Source: Candidatus Marinacidobacterales bacterium (GTDB taxonomy: Bacteria; Acidobacteriota; Vicinamibacteria; Marinacidobacterales; SMYC01). Taken from it: a DNA stretch of 64,000 nt. The first letter of the stretch is position 1. Each line of letters starts with the position of its first letter. The DNA lies in contig OZ250169.1 of the NCBI GenBank assembly GCA_965237955.1, forward strand, positions 4,352,001-4,416,000. Direction: 5' to 3'. The notes under the pieces are model-generated. The model did no database searches. It saw nothing but the letters and a program-made list of their open reading frames with translations, and was not told the origin of the DNA. Positions 21,614 to 31,510 of the stretch are shown piece after piece. Made by a program: the position numbers and the translations under genes.

Positions 21614-21883
21614 TTGGCCCGGTTCGTGACTGCAAGGGAGCCCGGGCTGCGCGAGAAAACCGTCGCAGCACTGACCGACACGTTGGGCGAGACCGAAGCG
21701 GAAGTCGCCGCGGTCGACGGGTCGTCGTCGTCGGGAGCTATTCTCAATTGGCGGGAGAAATTGGACGCGCGCCTCGTTGTCATGGGGAGTCGCGGACTCA
21801 CGGGCCTTCCGCACCTCCTCGTGGGAAGCGTAGCGGAGAAAGTCGCCCGATTCTGTGAAGTCCCGGTCATCATCGTGAAGTAG
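21614..21883 (+). pseudogene. USP C-terminal fragment
   Basis: [36 protein letters not shown] with no N-terminus. Confidence 0.78.
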
Positions 21884-21989
21884 TGGCTATCTCCTGCTGA
21901 TACTGTCGTAGCTCCCGCGCGCGATGTAGAATTGAAACAGATCCACGCCACCAATCGAAACTCGACAAAATCCAATCTGGAGGCCGTTC

Positions 21990-22988
21990 ATGCTGGGTTT
22001 TTGGTCTGGCGTCATCGCCGGAGTGTTTCTCTACCTCGCCGTGCGGGTCGTGCTTGCCGGCTTTTTCACCGTTCAACAGAACGAGCGTGCGGTATTGTCG
22101 TCGTTCGGCAGGGCCGATCGCATCGAAGGCCGCACGAGCCTGGACTCGCCGGTGGCCGAGCACCTCAATGAAGAGCAGCGGGAGCGTTACCGTTACCCGA
22201 TGGTACGCGTCATCGGTACCGGTGGGCCTTACTTCAAGTGGCCGTGGCAACGAGTCCACACGGTCGACGTCGCCATCCAGACGGTCAACGCTGCCTTTGA
22301 TCCCGAGGTGCCCTCGGCAAATCACAACAACACCATGCTCGATGCCGTCACCAAGGATCAGCTGAACATCGGGATTCGCGGTCAGCTTCGCTACAAGCTC
22401 AGTGAGGACAACCTGTACGCGTATTTGTTCGGAGTGAGTTATCCCATCGCTCACGTGATGGGCTACTTCGTCTCGGTGCTCCGCGAGCGCATTGCGACGT
22501 TCCAGGCCAAACAGGAAAGCCAAGAACCCGCGCCGGTCGACGGTGTGGCAGATACGCCGGCGATCGAGGGCATCTCGATCAACGACTTGCGCAAGAACCT
22601 GAACGAGGTGAACCTCGAAATGGATCGCGAATGCCTTTCGTCGGCTGCCCGCTACGGCGTCGTTTTGGACGCGTCCCTCATTACCGGTATGGATCCACCC
22701 GACGAGATCGAGTCTGCACTCGCCGCCATCAACACCGCGCACAACGAAGTGTCGGCGGCGGTGAGTCTGGCGCGTGCTACTGCGGACCAGAAGATCGAGC
22801 AGTCGAAACGGGCGGTCGAGATCGAGACCATGCGCGCTCGAGCCGAGGTCGAGCCGCTCCTCCGACTTTCGGAGCAACTTGCCGAGCTGAAGCAGCGTAG
22901 CGGCGAAGCCCTCGCGGCGTACCTTCGCAAGATCGAGCTCGACTTGTTGTCGCGTGCGAAGCGGATCATTGCCGAGGTGCGGTCATGA
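21990..22988 (+). CDS. SPFH/band-7 domain protein
   Basis: N-terminal TM, FFTVQQNERAVLSSFG, GPYFKWPWQRV, AVTKD, helical C-terminus. Confidence 0.82.
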   Translation: MLGFWSGVIAGVFLYLAVRVVLAGFFTVQQNERAVLSSFGRADRIEGRTSLDSPVAEHLNEEQRERYRYPMVRVIGTGGPYFKWPWQRVHTVDVAIQTVNAAFDPEVPSANHNNTMLDAVTKDQLNIGIRGQLRYKLSEDNLYAYLFGVSYPIAHVMGYFVSVLRERIATFQAKQESQEPAPVDGVADTPAIEGISINDLRKNLNEVNLEMDRECLSSAARYGVVLDASLITGMDPPDEIESALAAINTAHNEVSAAVSLARATADQKIEQSKRAVEIETMRARAEVEPLLRLSEQLAELKQRSGEALAAYLRKIELDLLSRAKRIIAEVRS

Positions 22989-23875
22989 TCTTCATCGTGA
23001 CGACGTTCATCGTTTTCTTGATGTCGTTCATCGGAGTTCCGATTGGACTCGCGATGGGCCGCCTTTTCGGGTTCTACGCCATCGTTCACGAATGCCACGC
23101 GAAGGTGTACATCCTTTTCGGAAAGGTGCTCGGTGTCCTCGACGAGCCCGGGCTGCATTTCCCTATTGCGACGTTTGGCCCGCACGCCTGTCTGGTCTTT
23201 TTCTTCGGACGCGTCGCCGAAATCGACCTTCGGCTCGACCAGGTATATCTTCGAAGCCAGCCGGTGAACACGGAAGAAGGCACGCCGATGGGAATCGGGG
23301 TGTGGTACGAAATGCGCGTTCGCGAAGCGGTGGCGTTCCTCTTCGAGAACGCGGATCCTGCCGGCTCGCTTCGCGCCAACGTGGCCAACGCGACAGTGCG
23401 AGAGCTATCGAACCTGCCGCTGTCGGACATGTTGGAGGATCGACACGCGATGAGCCGCTCGGTCCGAAAGGACGTCACCCCGAAAGCGGCGGCGTGGGGT
23501 TACGAGATCGGCTCGGTCTATATCCGCAAGGTCCACTTTCGCGATCAACAAATGATCGACCAGATCGAGCAGAAAGTGGTCAACCGCTTGCGGCAGGTGA
23601 CGTCCGCCATACGCCAAGCGGGCGAGAATCGAGTCAACGTGATCGAGAGTACCGCTGAGAGAGAAGCAGCGGTCGAGTTCGCGCGAGCGGCTGCGGTCCG
23701 CCCACAGTTGGTCGGCGAAGCCTTCGGCGAGATCGCCAAAGACCAAGACGTGGTCACAGCACTCCTACGCGTCCTCGAAGTCAACAAACTACTCGAGACC
23801 AGCGGCGAGATCACTCTGATACCCGGAGGCGAAAGCGCAACGCTGCTGAGAGACCTAGTCGTCGCAAAAAATTAA
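22985..23875 (+). CDS. SPFH/band-7 domain protein (second of a coupled pair)
   Basis: TM helix, FGKVLGVLDEPGLHF, IDLRLDQ, WGYEIGSVYIRKV. ATGA overlap with the previous gene. Confidence 0.85.
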   Translation: MIFIVTTFIVFLMSFIGVPIGLAMGRLFGFYAIVHECHAKVYILFGKVLGVLDEPGLHFPIATFGPHACLVFFFGRVAEIDLRLDQVYLRSQPVNTEEGTPMGIGVWYEMRVREAVAFLFENADPAGSLRANVANATVRELSNLPLSDMLEDRHAMSRSVRKDVTPKAAAWGYEIGSVYIRKVHFRDQQMIDQIEQKVVNRLRQVTSAIRQAGENRVNVIESTAEREAAVEFARAAAVRPQLVGEAFGEIAKDQDVVTALLRVLEVNKLLETSGEITLIPGGESATLLRDLVVAKN

Positions 23876-25594
23876 GGTTCTCCTGTCGTTTCGGGGGATC
23901 TGATTTGTGTTGGAGGGCATGGCCTATGGACGCTGCCGCGATTGTGGAAAACGCCGGAAACTCCGGGCGAGAGAGGCGTTTAGGGAAAGGTTGTGAGCAC
24001 GTACAAACGTGGAGCGGCGTTTTCCACAATCGCTTGGAAAACGCTTCGCGTTTCCCACGAGCGCCCACAGGCCCCTCCTGATATATATACAAGAAAGATT
24101 AATTCATATGGAATAAGGAAGGGGGGGCTCGATTAGTGGAGGCTATGGAAAACGCCCTTCCAGGCTTCGAAGAGAACTCAGTCGTGAGCAAGGTCTGAAC
24201 GACCAGAACCGTGGGGGCGTTTCCCACAGCCTTGTCTCCCGCTGAGGGGCAGTGGCATTTGGTGAGGCCCGTGGGTTGAGAGGGTAAGCCATGTGTAGAT
24301 GCGCATCGGCGAGAACGCTAGAATCTTTTTTCCCGAAAGAGAAAAGAGCGTTCCCGCGATGCGCGTTACTACGTTAGTCAACAAGCTCATCGGATTGCAA
24401 GGCCTGTGGGTCCGAGGTTTCCACTTCCAGGCGGACAAAGCCAGAGTGGTGGTGGATGTAGTACCACGGAGGAGGAAGCCTCTGTGCGGGATTTGCGGAC
24501 GAAAGGTCCGCAAGAACAAAGATCGCTACAATCGCTACTGGCGGCACTTGGACCTGTTCGGAGTCCGGACCTATCTTCGCTACTCGATCCGACGAGTGGT
24601 ATGTCGGCGGTGTGGAGTGGTCAGAGAAAAGGTGCCTTGGGCAGACAAGGGAAGCCGCTTTACCAAAAGCTTCGAACAAGAGGTAGCGTGGCTGGCACAG
24701 AGGACGGACGTCAGCGCCGTAGCGAACTATTTCCGAGTGACGTGGCGTTCGGTGCGACGGATCATCCAGCGAGTGGTTGCCGAGCAGCGGGATGAGCGGC
24801 GCGAGCTCGATGGATTGCGGGTGATTGGGATGGACGAGATCAGCTACCGCAAACGCCACAAGTACTTAACAGTGGTAATAGACCATCTCAGCGGCCGGGT
24901 CGTCTGGGCGGGAAAGGAGCGCAAGGCCAAGACGCTGCTGCGGTTTTTCCGCAAGCTCGGACCACAAAGAGCCGCGGAGCTCGAAGCGGTCAGCATGGAC
25001 ATGTGGGAGCCGTACATAACTGTCGTCGGCAAAAAGGCTCCTCAGGCACGGGTGATCTTTGACCGCTTCCACATCGTCAAGCATCTGAACGAGGCCGTGG
25101 ATAAGACCCGGCGCGAGCTGGTGCGCGAGCTCAAAGGGACTGCCCGGCGCAACCTCAAGAACACCAAGTTTCCCCTTCTCAAGGCCAAACACAACCGCAG
25201 CGCGAAAGACAAACGGGTGCTCCGCGAGCAGGTGCGAGCTAATCGTCGCCTCTACCGCGCCATGCTTCTGCGCGACGACTTCATGGACCTCTACACCTAC
25301 AAAACCGAGACATGGGCCAAGAAGTTTCTCCGAGGATGGCTGCGGCGCGCTATGAGCTCGAGGATAGAGCCCGTCAAACGCGCGGCGAAGATGATCCGCA
25401 GCCACTTCGATGGCGTCATCGCGTGGGTCACGTGGAGACTCAGCAACGGCCGACTCGAAGGAATGAACAACAAAATCCGGCTGCTGAGCCACCGCAGCTT
25501 TGGACTCCACTCTGCCGAAGCTCTCATCAGTCTCGTCTACCTAAACTGTGGCGGTCTCACCCTCGAGAGGATCCACTGAAATGGCAGGAGAGGC
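23876..25594 (+). mobile_element. ISL3-family element, complete copy
   Basis: IRs GGTTCTCCTGTCGTTTCGGGGGATC and (rc) GCCTCTCCTGCCATTTCAGTGGATC. Flanks AAAATTAA / AAAATTAG. Confidence 0.92.
24299..25579 (+). CDS. ISL3 transposase (true start may be ATG 24359)
   Basis: CxxC zinc finger, IGMDEISYRKRHKY, SMDMW, FDRFH, SNGRLEGMNNKI. Confidence 0.95.
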   Translation: MRIGENARIFFPEREKSVPAMRVTTLVNKLIGLQGLWVRGFHFQADKARVVVDVVPRRRKPLCGICGRKVRKNKDRYNRYWRHLDLFGVRTYLRYSIRRVVCRRCGVVREKVPWADKGSRFTKSFEQEVAWLAQRTDVSAVANYFRVTWRSVRRIIQRVVAEQRDERRELDGLRVIGMDEISYRKRHKYLTVVIDHLSGRVVWAGKERKAKTLLRFFRKLGPQRAAELEAVSMDMWEPYITVVGKKAPQARVIFDRFHIVKHLNEAVDKTRRELVRELKGTARRNLKNTKFPLLKAKHNRSAKDKRVLREQVRANRRLYRAMLLRDDFMDLYTYKTETWAKKFLRGWLRRAMSSRIEPVKRAAKMIRSHFDGVIAWVTWRLSNGRLEGMNNKIRLLSHRSFGLHSAEALISLVYLNCGGLTLERIH

Positions 25595-25638
25595 AAAATT
25601 AGAAATAGTCGGGTGAGAGCGGCGACTCCCAACTCGCC

Positions 25639-26827
25639 CTAGTCCCATGGAACAGAAAAAGATAGACAACACTGGCACTTCTGTGATCTGCTAAATGCAT
25701 GAAACACAAGGGCCGGCGAAAAGCCGAATTGAAGCTGTCGTCTCAAGAAAGCGAAGCGCTGACGCGACTGGCGCGACGCAGCCGTAGTTCGCCGCACCAA
25801 GCCTTCCGAGCGAAGATCGTGCTGGATTGCGCGGCGGGTCTGACGAATATGGAAGTTGCTAGGAAGATGCACACCATGAGGAGCACGGTGGGCAAGTGGC
25901 GAAGACGCTTTGTAGAACAACGAATGGAAGGGTTGTACGACGAACCTCGGCCGGGAGCGGCTCGCAAAATCGGCGATGACCAGATCGAGGAAGTCGTGAC
26001 CAAGACGCTGGAGACGACTCCAAAGGGGAGAACCCATTGGAGTACGCGCTCGATGGCCAAGCATCTTGGGCTGAGTCATTCGACGATTGGACGTATTTGG
26101 CGAACGTTCGGGCTTCAACCGCACCGCTCGGAATCGTTTCGTCTCTCGCAAGACCCACAACTGGTCGAAAAAGTACGCGCCGTTGTTGGCCTGTATATGA
26201 ACCCACCGGATAACGCGGTCGTCCTGTGCGTCGACGAGAAATCGCAGATTCAAGCGCTCGAGCGTGCTCAACCTGTCCTGCCCATGAGCTTGGGCCAGCC
26301 CGAGCGACAAACCCACGACTACATTCGGCATGGAACGACTGACCTGTTTGCCGCACTCGACGCCGCAACAGGTGAAGTCTTCGGAAAGTGCTACGCGCGA
26401 CATCGAGCGCTAGAGTTCAAGAAGTTCCTCGCTGAGATCGAAGCAGCCGTTCCCAGCGAGTTGGACATCCACGTCGTGCTCGACAATCTCGCCACGCACA
26501 AGACACCGGCGATCAAACGCTGGCTTTCCAAGCGACCTCGGTTCCACTTTCACTTCACACCGACACACGCCTCTTGGCTCAACTTCGCTGAGCGCTTCTT
26601 TGGCTTGCTCACCGAACACGCCTTGCGACGAGGCTCGCACACGAGCGTGCCTCAGCTCCGCGTTGCGATACAAGACTATCTCGATGCTCACAACGAGAAC
26701 CCAAAGCCGTTCAAGTGGACGAAATCCGCCGACCAAATCCTCGAAACCATCGCTCGGTTCGCCCAGCGAACGCTCGATACACATGGCAAATCGAATTTGG
26801 ACAGTAATTAAAGATCCAGGGGACTAG
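25639..26827 (+). mobile_element. IS630-family element, copy 2 (no adjacent MITE)
   Basis: Same CTAG-bounded 1189 bp as copy 1, with about 3 substitutions. Transposase at 25699..26811. Confidence 0.95.
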
Positions 26828-27282
26828 CTACTCAACGCCCGCTCGGTCTCGACCAATTTCTCATCGTGTCCCATGAGCACGAGCACATCGCCGCCCATAA
26901 GCTGCTCTTGCGAACCCGGGTTGAACAGCATGTCATCGTGCCCGCGTCGTATGGCGACGATGATGACTCCGAAGTCGGCGCGAAGCTGGGCGTCGGCGAT
27001 CGAAAGCCCTGTCAGCTTCGAGGTTTCGGACACCTTGGCTTCGATGAGGCTCATCTCCATGTAGTGCCGGTCGGCGACGTGCTTCATGAACTGCAGCACC
27101 GTGGGGCTTGTGGCGGCTTGAAGAATGCGATGACTCGCGAGGTTATACGGCGAGATGACCTCGTTCGCGCCACCTCGTCTCAACTTGACTTCGCCGCGCT
27201 CGTCTAAGGTCCGTGCGAGTAACGTCCACAAGACGAGCATGGCGACGCCCAAGCGAAGTTCATATCGCCACCACCGTATGAC
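26824..27282 (-). pseudogene. Potassium channel remnant (first TM joined to TrkA-C/RCK-C)
   Basis: KLRRGGANEVISPY...GLSIADAQLRADFGVIIVAIRR..FNPG..GDVLVLMG. The pore and most of TrkA-N are missing. Confidence 0.75.
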
Positions 27283-28142
27283 CGGGCGGTTCTCCCACCG
27301 TCGCTTCCTCATCGACCGAAAGCATATCGCATCGGCGGTGCCCTCTCGGTGCGGACTTTGCCGCTTTGCTGTGGTAAAACTCGCTCAGTCCGCCATGCGA
27401 CTCCAGTTGGATCGGATCCCCCGGGTGGACGACAGTGATGGATTGCGGGCTGCTCGAGCACAGAATCGACCACTTGGCGAGCGAGCTGGATGCGGCGACA
27501 CAATACCTGTCCGTGGATGGCGGCGGTGATTGAGCACGAGTCCAAGAGGTGATTGTGTGACGACTCCCCACAAGAGCATTCTGTGCCCGGTTGATTTCTC
27601 GGACATTTCTCGGATGGCCGTGAGCTGGTCTTGCCAGCTCGCCAAAGAGCTCGAGGGCGAGCTCACCGTGCTCCATGCGCTCGACACGGCGTTGTTGAAC
27701 GTCGGGAATCTCGTGGCGGCTCCGGATAGCGCGGCCGAGCTGCGGAGCCAGGCGGAGAACGAGATGGCGGCGTGGGCCGACGAGCTGGACCTTGCGGGCT
27801 CGCGCGTTGTGATCGAGGACGGCGTTCCCGCGGACGTGATCGTCAAAGCGACCGAGGAACAAGACGTCGACTTGCTCGTGATGGGAACCCACGGGCTCTC
27901 GGGGCTCCAGAAACTGCTCCTGGGCTCGGTCATGGAGAAAGTGCTTCACCGCGTCCAGGTGCCGCTCCTGTCGTTTTCTCCCAGATCACGTAATGCCCCG
28001 TACGCCCCGAAGAACATCTTGCTCGCCGTTGATTTTGGTCCGGAAACGAAAGGGAATTACATCCAATCGTAACCAAAAACCCTCGACATCCTAGCCTCGC
28101 CATGTTACGATTAGACATTAAAATTAGACGAGGAGGTTAAAG

Positions 28143-29108
28143 ATGGTGCGGCAAGCACCGGGCAAACATTTTAGGAAGGGGCTTTCGCTAGTTGAGATCA
28201 CGCAGATGTTTCCGAACGATAGTGCAGCGGAAACATGGATCGCAAAAGCCAGGTGGGGGAACGATCCGGCTTGCCCGCATTGCGGAAGCCTTAACGTCCA
28301 GGTCGGTGCGAAACACCCATCCCAGAACTACCGTTGCAGGGAACAGCAATGCCGGAAGTTCTTCGGAGTGAAAACTGGGACCGCGATGGCTGGAAGTAAT
28401 CTAGGATTGCAAGTCTGGGCCATCGCCACGTATCTTCTCGCCACTGGCCTCAAGGGTCGGGCGAGTATGCAACTCCACCGCGATCTAGGAATCGGGCAGA
28501 AAGCCGCTTGGTTCTTGGCGCACAGACTCCGAGAAGCTTGGGGAGATAACCAACCTACATTCTCAGGTCCGGTGGAAGTGGACGAGACTTACATCGGTGG
28601 CAAGGAGCGGAACAAGCACTCCCACAAGAAGCTGAATGCCGGGCGCGGGACCGTCGGCAAGACGGCCGTCGTAGGCGTGAAGGACCGCAAGACGAACCGA
28701 GTCTCTGCTGCCGTCGTGGAGAATACAGATGGCCCAACGCTTCAAGGTTTCGTCAAGTCTCGGGTTGCCGAGGAAGCCACGGTCTACACCGACGACCACG
28801 GAGGCTACCATGGACTACCGAATCACGAATCGGTCCGGCACAGCGTCCGCGAGTACGTCAACGGACAAGCCCATACCAACGGGATCGAGTCCTTTTGGGC
28901 ATTGCTCAAACGTGGCTATTATGGTACGTACCATCGCATGAGCCCAAACCACCTTGGGCGTTACGTCTGCGAGTTTGAGGGCAGACACAACCAGCGTGAG
29001 TCTGATACGATCGATCAGATGACCGCCATGATTCGCGGCATGGACGGGAAACGGCTACGGTATCGAGACCTCACGGCCATCAAGCCCGGCGGACAAGTCG
29101 CTGGCTAG
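28143..29108 (+). CDS. IS1595-family transposase
   Basis: CPHC..C..C zinc finger, VEVDETYIGG, YTDD, HTNGIESFWALLKRG. Confidence 0.95.
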   Translation: MVRQAPGKHFRKGLSLVEITQMFPNDSAAETWIAKARWGNDPACPHCGSLNVQVGAKHPSQNYRCREQQCRKFFGVKTGTAMAGSNLGLQVWAIATYLLATGLKGRASMQLHRDLGIGQKAAWFLAHRLREAWGDNQPTFSGPVEVDETYIGGKERNKHSHKKLNAGRGTVGKTAVVGVKDRKTNRVSAAVVENTDGPTLQGFVKSRVAEEATVYTDDHGGYHGLPNHESVRHSVREYVNGQAHTNGIESFWALLKRGYYGTYHRMSPNHLGRYVCEFEGRHNQRESDTIDQMTAMIRGMDGKRLRYRDLTAIKPGGQVAG

Positions 29109-29111
29109 GCC

Positions 29112-29924
29112 ATGCCAAAACCAGAAGTTCAGACGGAACTTGGTCGCCTCTATCACGCCGACTGTCTCACGGTTCTACCGGAGATACCAGCCGGTATCGT
29201 AGATACCGTTTTTGCCGATCCACCGTTCAACCTCGGCAAAGAGTACGGTCCAAGCGTCAATGATAATCGATCGAATTCAGAGTATGTGCAATGGTGCGAG
29301 ATGTGGATTCGAGAATGTGTGCGCGTGCTGAAATCGGGTGGGGCGTTCTTCCTCTACAACCTGCCGCGCTGGAACGTCACTCTCGGCACTATTCTCCAAA
29401 AGCATGGACTCTCGTTTCGCCACTGGATCGCTATTGAGCACACCGGGCGGTTACCGATTCAGGGGCGTCTGTATCCCTCACACTATTCTTTGATCTACTA
29501 CACGCTAGGCAAGCCTGCGACGTTTCGCCGAATTCGGACTCCTGTTGAAACTTGCCGTCACTGCGGTTTGGAGATCAAGGATTACGGAGGTCATCGTCCC
29601 GCGATGAATCGAAACGGAGTAACCCTCAAAGACGTGTGGACTGATATACCGCCAGTTCGTCATGCGAAGTATAAGCCAGAAGGGCGTTCAGCTAATGCGC
29701 TCAGCACAAAAATCGTCGAGCGCGTGATCGAAATGAGTACTGATCCAGGCGACCTTGTATTAGACCCATTCGGCGGAAGCGGAACGACGTATGCGGTTTG
29801 TGAGCAACGCGGTCGGCGCTGGATCGGTGTGGAGCTTGAAGATCTTGAACCGATCCGGCAGCGTCTCGATGGTCAAGTTCAAAATCACGCGAACAGCGAC
29901 TATGTTGAAACATGCCGATCCTGA
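29112..29924 (+). CDS. Beta-class N4/N6 DNA methyltransferase, M.BamHI-like
   Basis: DPPF motif IV precedes DPFGGSGTT motif I. LPIQGRLYPSHY, KDYGG and DVWTDIPPVRH blocks recall M.BamHI. Confidence 0.88.
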   Translation: MPKPEVQTELGRLYHADCLTVLPEIPAGIVDTVFADPPFNLGKEYGPSVNDNRSNSEYVQWCEMWIRECVRVLKSGGAFFLYNLPRWNVTLGTILQKHGLSFRHWIAIEHTGRLPIQGRLYPSHYSLIYYTLGKPATFRRIRTPVETCRHCGLEIKDYGGHRPAMNRNGVTLKDVWTDIPPVRHAKYKPEGRSANALSTKIVERVIEMSTDPGDLVLDPFGGSGTTYAVCEQRGRRWIGVELEDLEPIRQRLDGQVQNHANSDYVETCRS

Positions 29925-30400
29925 CGGACAGCCGCGACTATAACGGATTTCTAGCGAAGGTCCAGCGTCTCGGACTGGATCGCCTTGTTGACGATATAGA
30001 AGCTGCGGTGACCGGTTTCCGGCTTCGCGTATTGGAAGAACGCCACGCGAACGGAACACGACAGATCCGGCAACAAATCGACGACCAGATCGAGGCTTTA
30101 GACGGTTGGCGTAAGCTAACGGTCGGTGGGGTAGACTGGACAAAGGGGAATGAGCAAGGTAGCAAGATTGGCGCAGAGATTCAGGTTTCTGGACGTAGTG
30201 ACCTTCTGGCCGTTGACGTACTGCACCTTCGCGAGGAGCTTATAGCTGGGAACCTTGATGCCGGAATTATCATTGTTCCAGACGATAAGCTGTCAAGGTT
30301 TCTGACAGACCGCACGCCGAACTTTCGAACAGCACGGCGACACAGAGAACACCGGAGACACTTAAATCAGAAGCATGGTTTACACCCGACACCGCTCTAA
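29912..30400 (+). CDS. Putative type II restriction endonuclease of the BamHI/BglII/BstYI fold, C-terminus possibly truncated
   Basis: VD...EIQ catalytic-like motif and GIIIVP...FLTDRTPNF, resembling BamHI YLTDRVTNF. Overlaps the MTase stop. Confidence 0.65.
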   Translation: MPILTDSRDYNGFLAKVQRLGLDRLVDDIEAAVTGFRLRVLEERHANGTRQIRQQIDDQIEALDGWRKLTVGGVDWTKGNEQGSKIGAEIQVSGRSDLLAVDVLHLREELIAGNLDAGIIIVPDDKLSRFLTDRTPNFRTARRHREHRRHLNQKHGLHPTPL

Positions 30401-30409
30401 GGAGGAAAC

Positions 30410-30586
30410 ATGAAGCGCACGAGGGAGAAGTCGAAGAAGCGCAGAGGCCGCCCGGTCACCTACCCCATACCAGAGCCAATTCCAGACACGCCCGAGAACA
30501 TCATGAAGGCGATTCTGGCTACCCCACCGAAGGGCCGTGACGAGTGGAAATTCATGCAGGAACGGAAGCGGAAACGAGCTCGCTAG
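30410..30586 (+). CDS. 58-aa basic protein inside the IS1595 right end (below the ORF-track cutoff)
   Basis: AAGGAGG RBS. MKRTREKSKKRRGRPVTYPIPEPIPDTPENIMKAILATPPKGRDEWKFMQERKRKRAR. Confidence 0.7.
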   Translation: MKRTREKSKKRRGRPVTYPIPEPIPDTPENIMKAILATPPKGRDEWKFMQERKRKRAR

Positions 30587-31167
30587 AAGACCTGGTTACG
30601 ATTGGATGTAATTCCCAAACGAAAAGCGTCGTCCGCCACGGACCACGGAGTGTGGCTCGCCGAGCACTTCGGAGCCAGGCTTTTCGGTGCGCACGCCGTG
30701 CCGGTGCCGTACGTCGTGCTCAACGATCGATCGATGGAACGGCTGACACCCGAGCAGCTCGAGCGATTGAAGGACACGCTCACTGCCGAGAGAAGGGAGG
30801 AGCTCTCCGAGCTTTTCCCCGATTCGTCGTTACCGGTCGAGGTCGTCTCCACCGTGGGCTCCGCCTATCGCGCGATGCTGGACGCCGTCGAACAGCACGA
30901 CATAGACCTCGTCGTCATGGGACGCGGCGGGCACGGCCGGCGCAATCTCGGCTGGGTTGGCTCGACCTGCCACAAGATGGTTCGCTCGTCGCCGTGCCCG
31001 ATTCTCATCGTGCCGGAATGATGGCGAGAGCGGCGGTGGTGGCGTTTCTTCATTCGTGCTACCCGCTGGTTCCCGCCGCTCCAGTGCGTTAGCTGGCGCT
31101 GCCTACCAGCTCCACGAATCAGCTGCTTGCCGCCCGGCCGCGACCTAGCTCTGGTGCGGGAGCAAAA

Positions 31168-31510
31168 TTACGAATTCGGTACCCCCTCGGCGGGCGAGAC
31201 CACGGAAAGCGACCCGCCGTGAGCGTGGACGAGGGTTCGGGTGATCGCGAGCCCGAGGCCGAGCCCGCATTTTGCCAAGAGGCGCACGTCATCACCGCGG
31301 TCGCGGAGTCGGGGAAGCGAGATGGTGATGACGTTTAGCCGGTAGAACAGATCGCGTCGGAACGTCTCTGCCTCGATCATTTTCTTCAAGTCGCGGTTGG
31401 ATGAGGCGATCACGCGGACATCTACTTTGACGTCTTGCACGCCGCCGACTCGTACCGCTTCTTGGATGGCATCGGACTCGCCGACGATGTTCTCGAAGGA
31501 CAACCCGTCA
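31168..31510 (-). pseudogene. Chimeric remnant of a sigma54 activator AAA+ domain and a histidine kinase HATPase tail
   Basis: [12 protein letters not shown] | [29 protein letters not shown] | [18 protein letters not shown]. Confidence 0.75.

Larger units (their letters stand above)
28052..30616 (+). mobile_element. IS1595-family transporter IS with restriction-modification cargo, 2565 bp
   Basis: Perfect 24-bp IR GGGAATTACATCCAATCGTAACCA at 28052-28075 and 30593-30616. 8-bp TSD AAACGAAA at 28044-28051 and 30617-30624. Confidence 0.95.
27557..31021 (+). pseudogene. Tandem USP gene interrupted by the IS1595 element
   Basis: 5' part ends ..AVDFGPETK at the TSD. 3' part resumes SVVRHG..VWLAEHFGA..VGSTCHKMVRSSPCPILIVPE. 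Confidence 0.88.

Noticed and set aside
23921-24232. CRISPR array
   Set aside because: The repeats are inverted and nested rather than direct with unique spacers, and there are no cas genes in the window.
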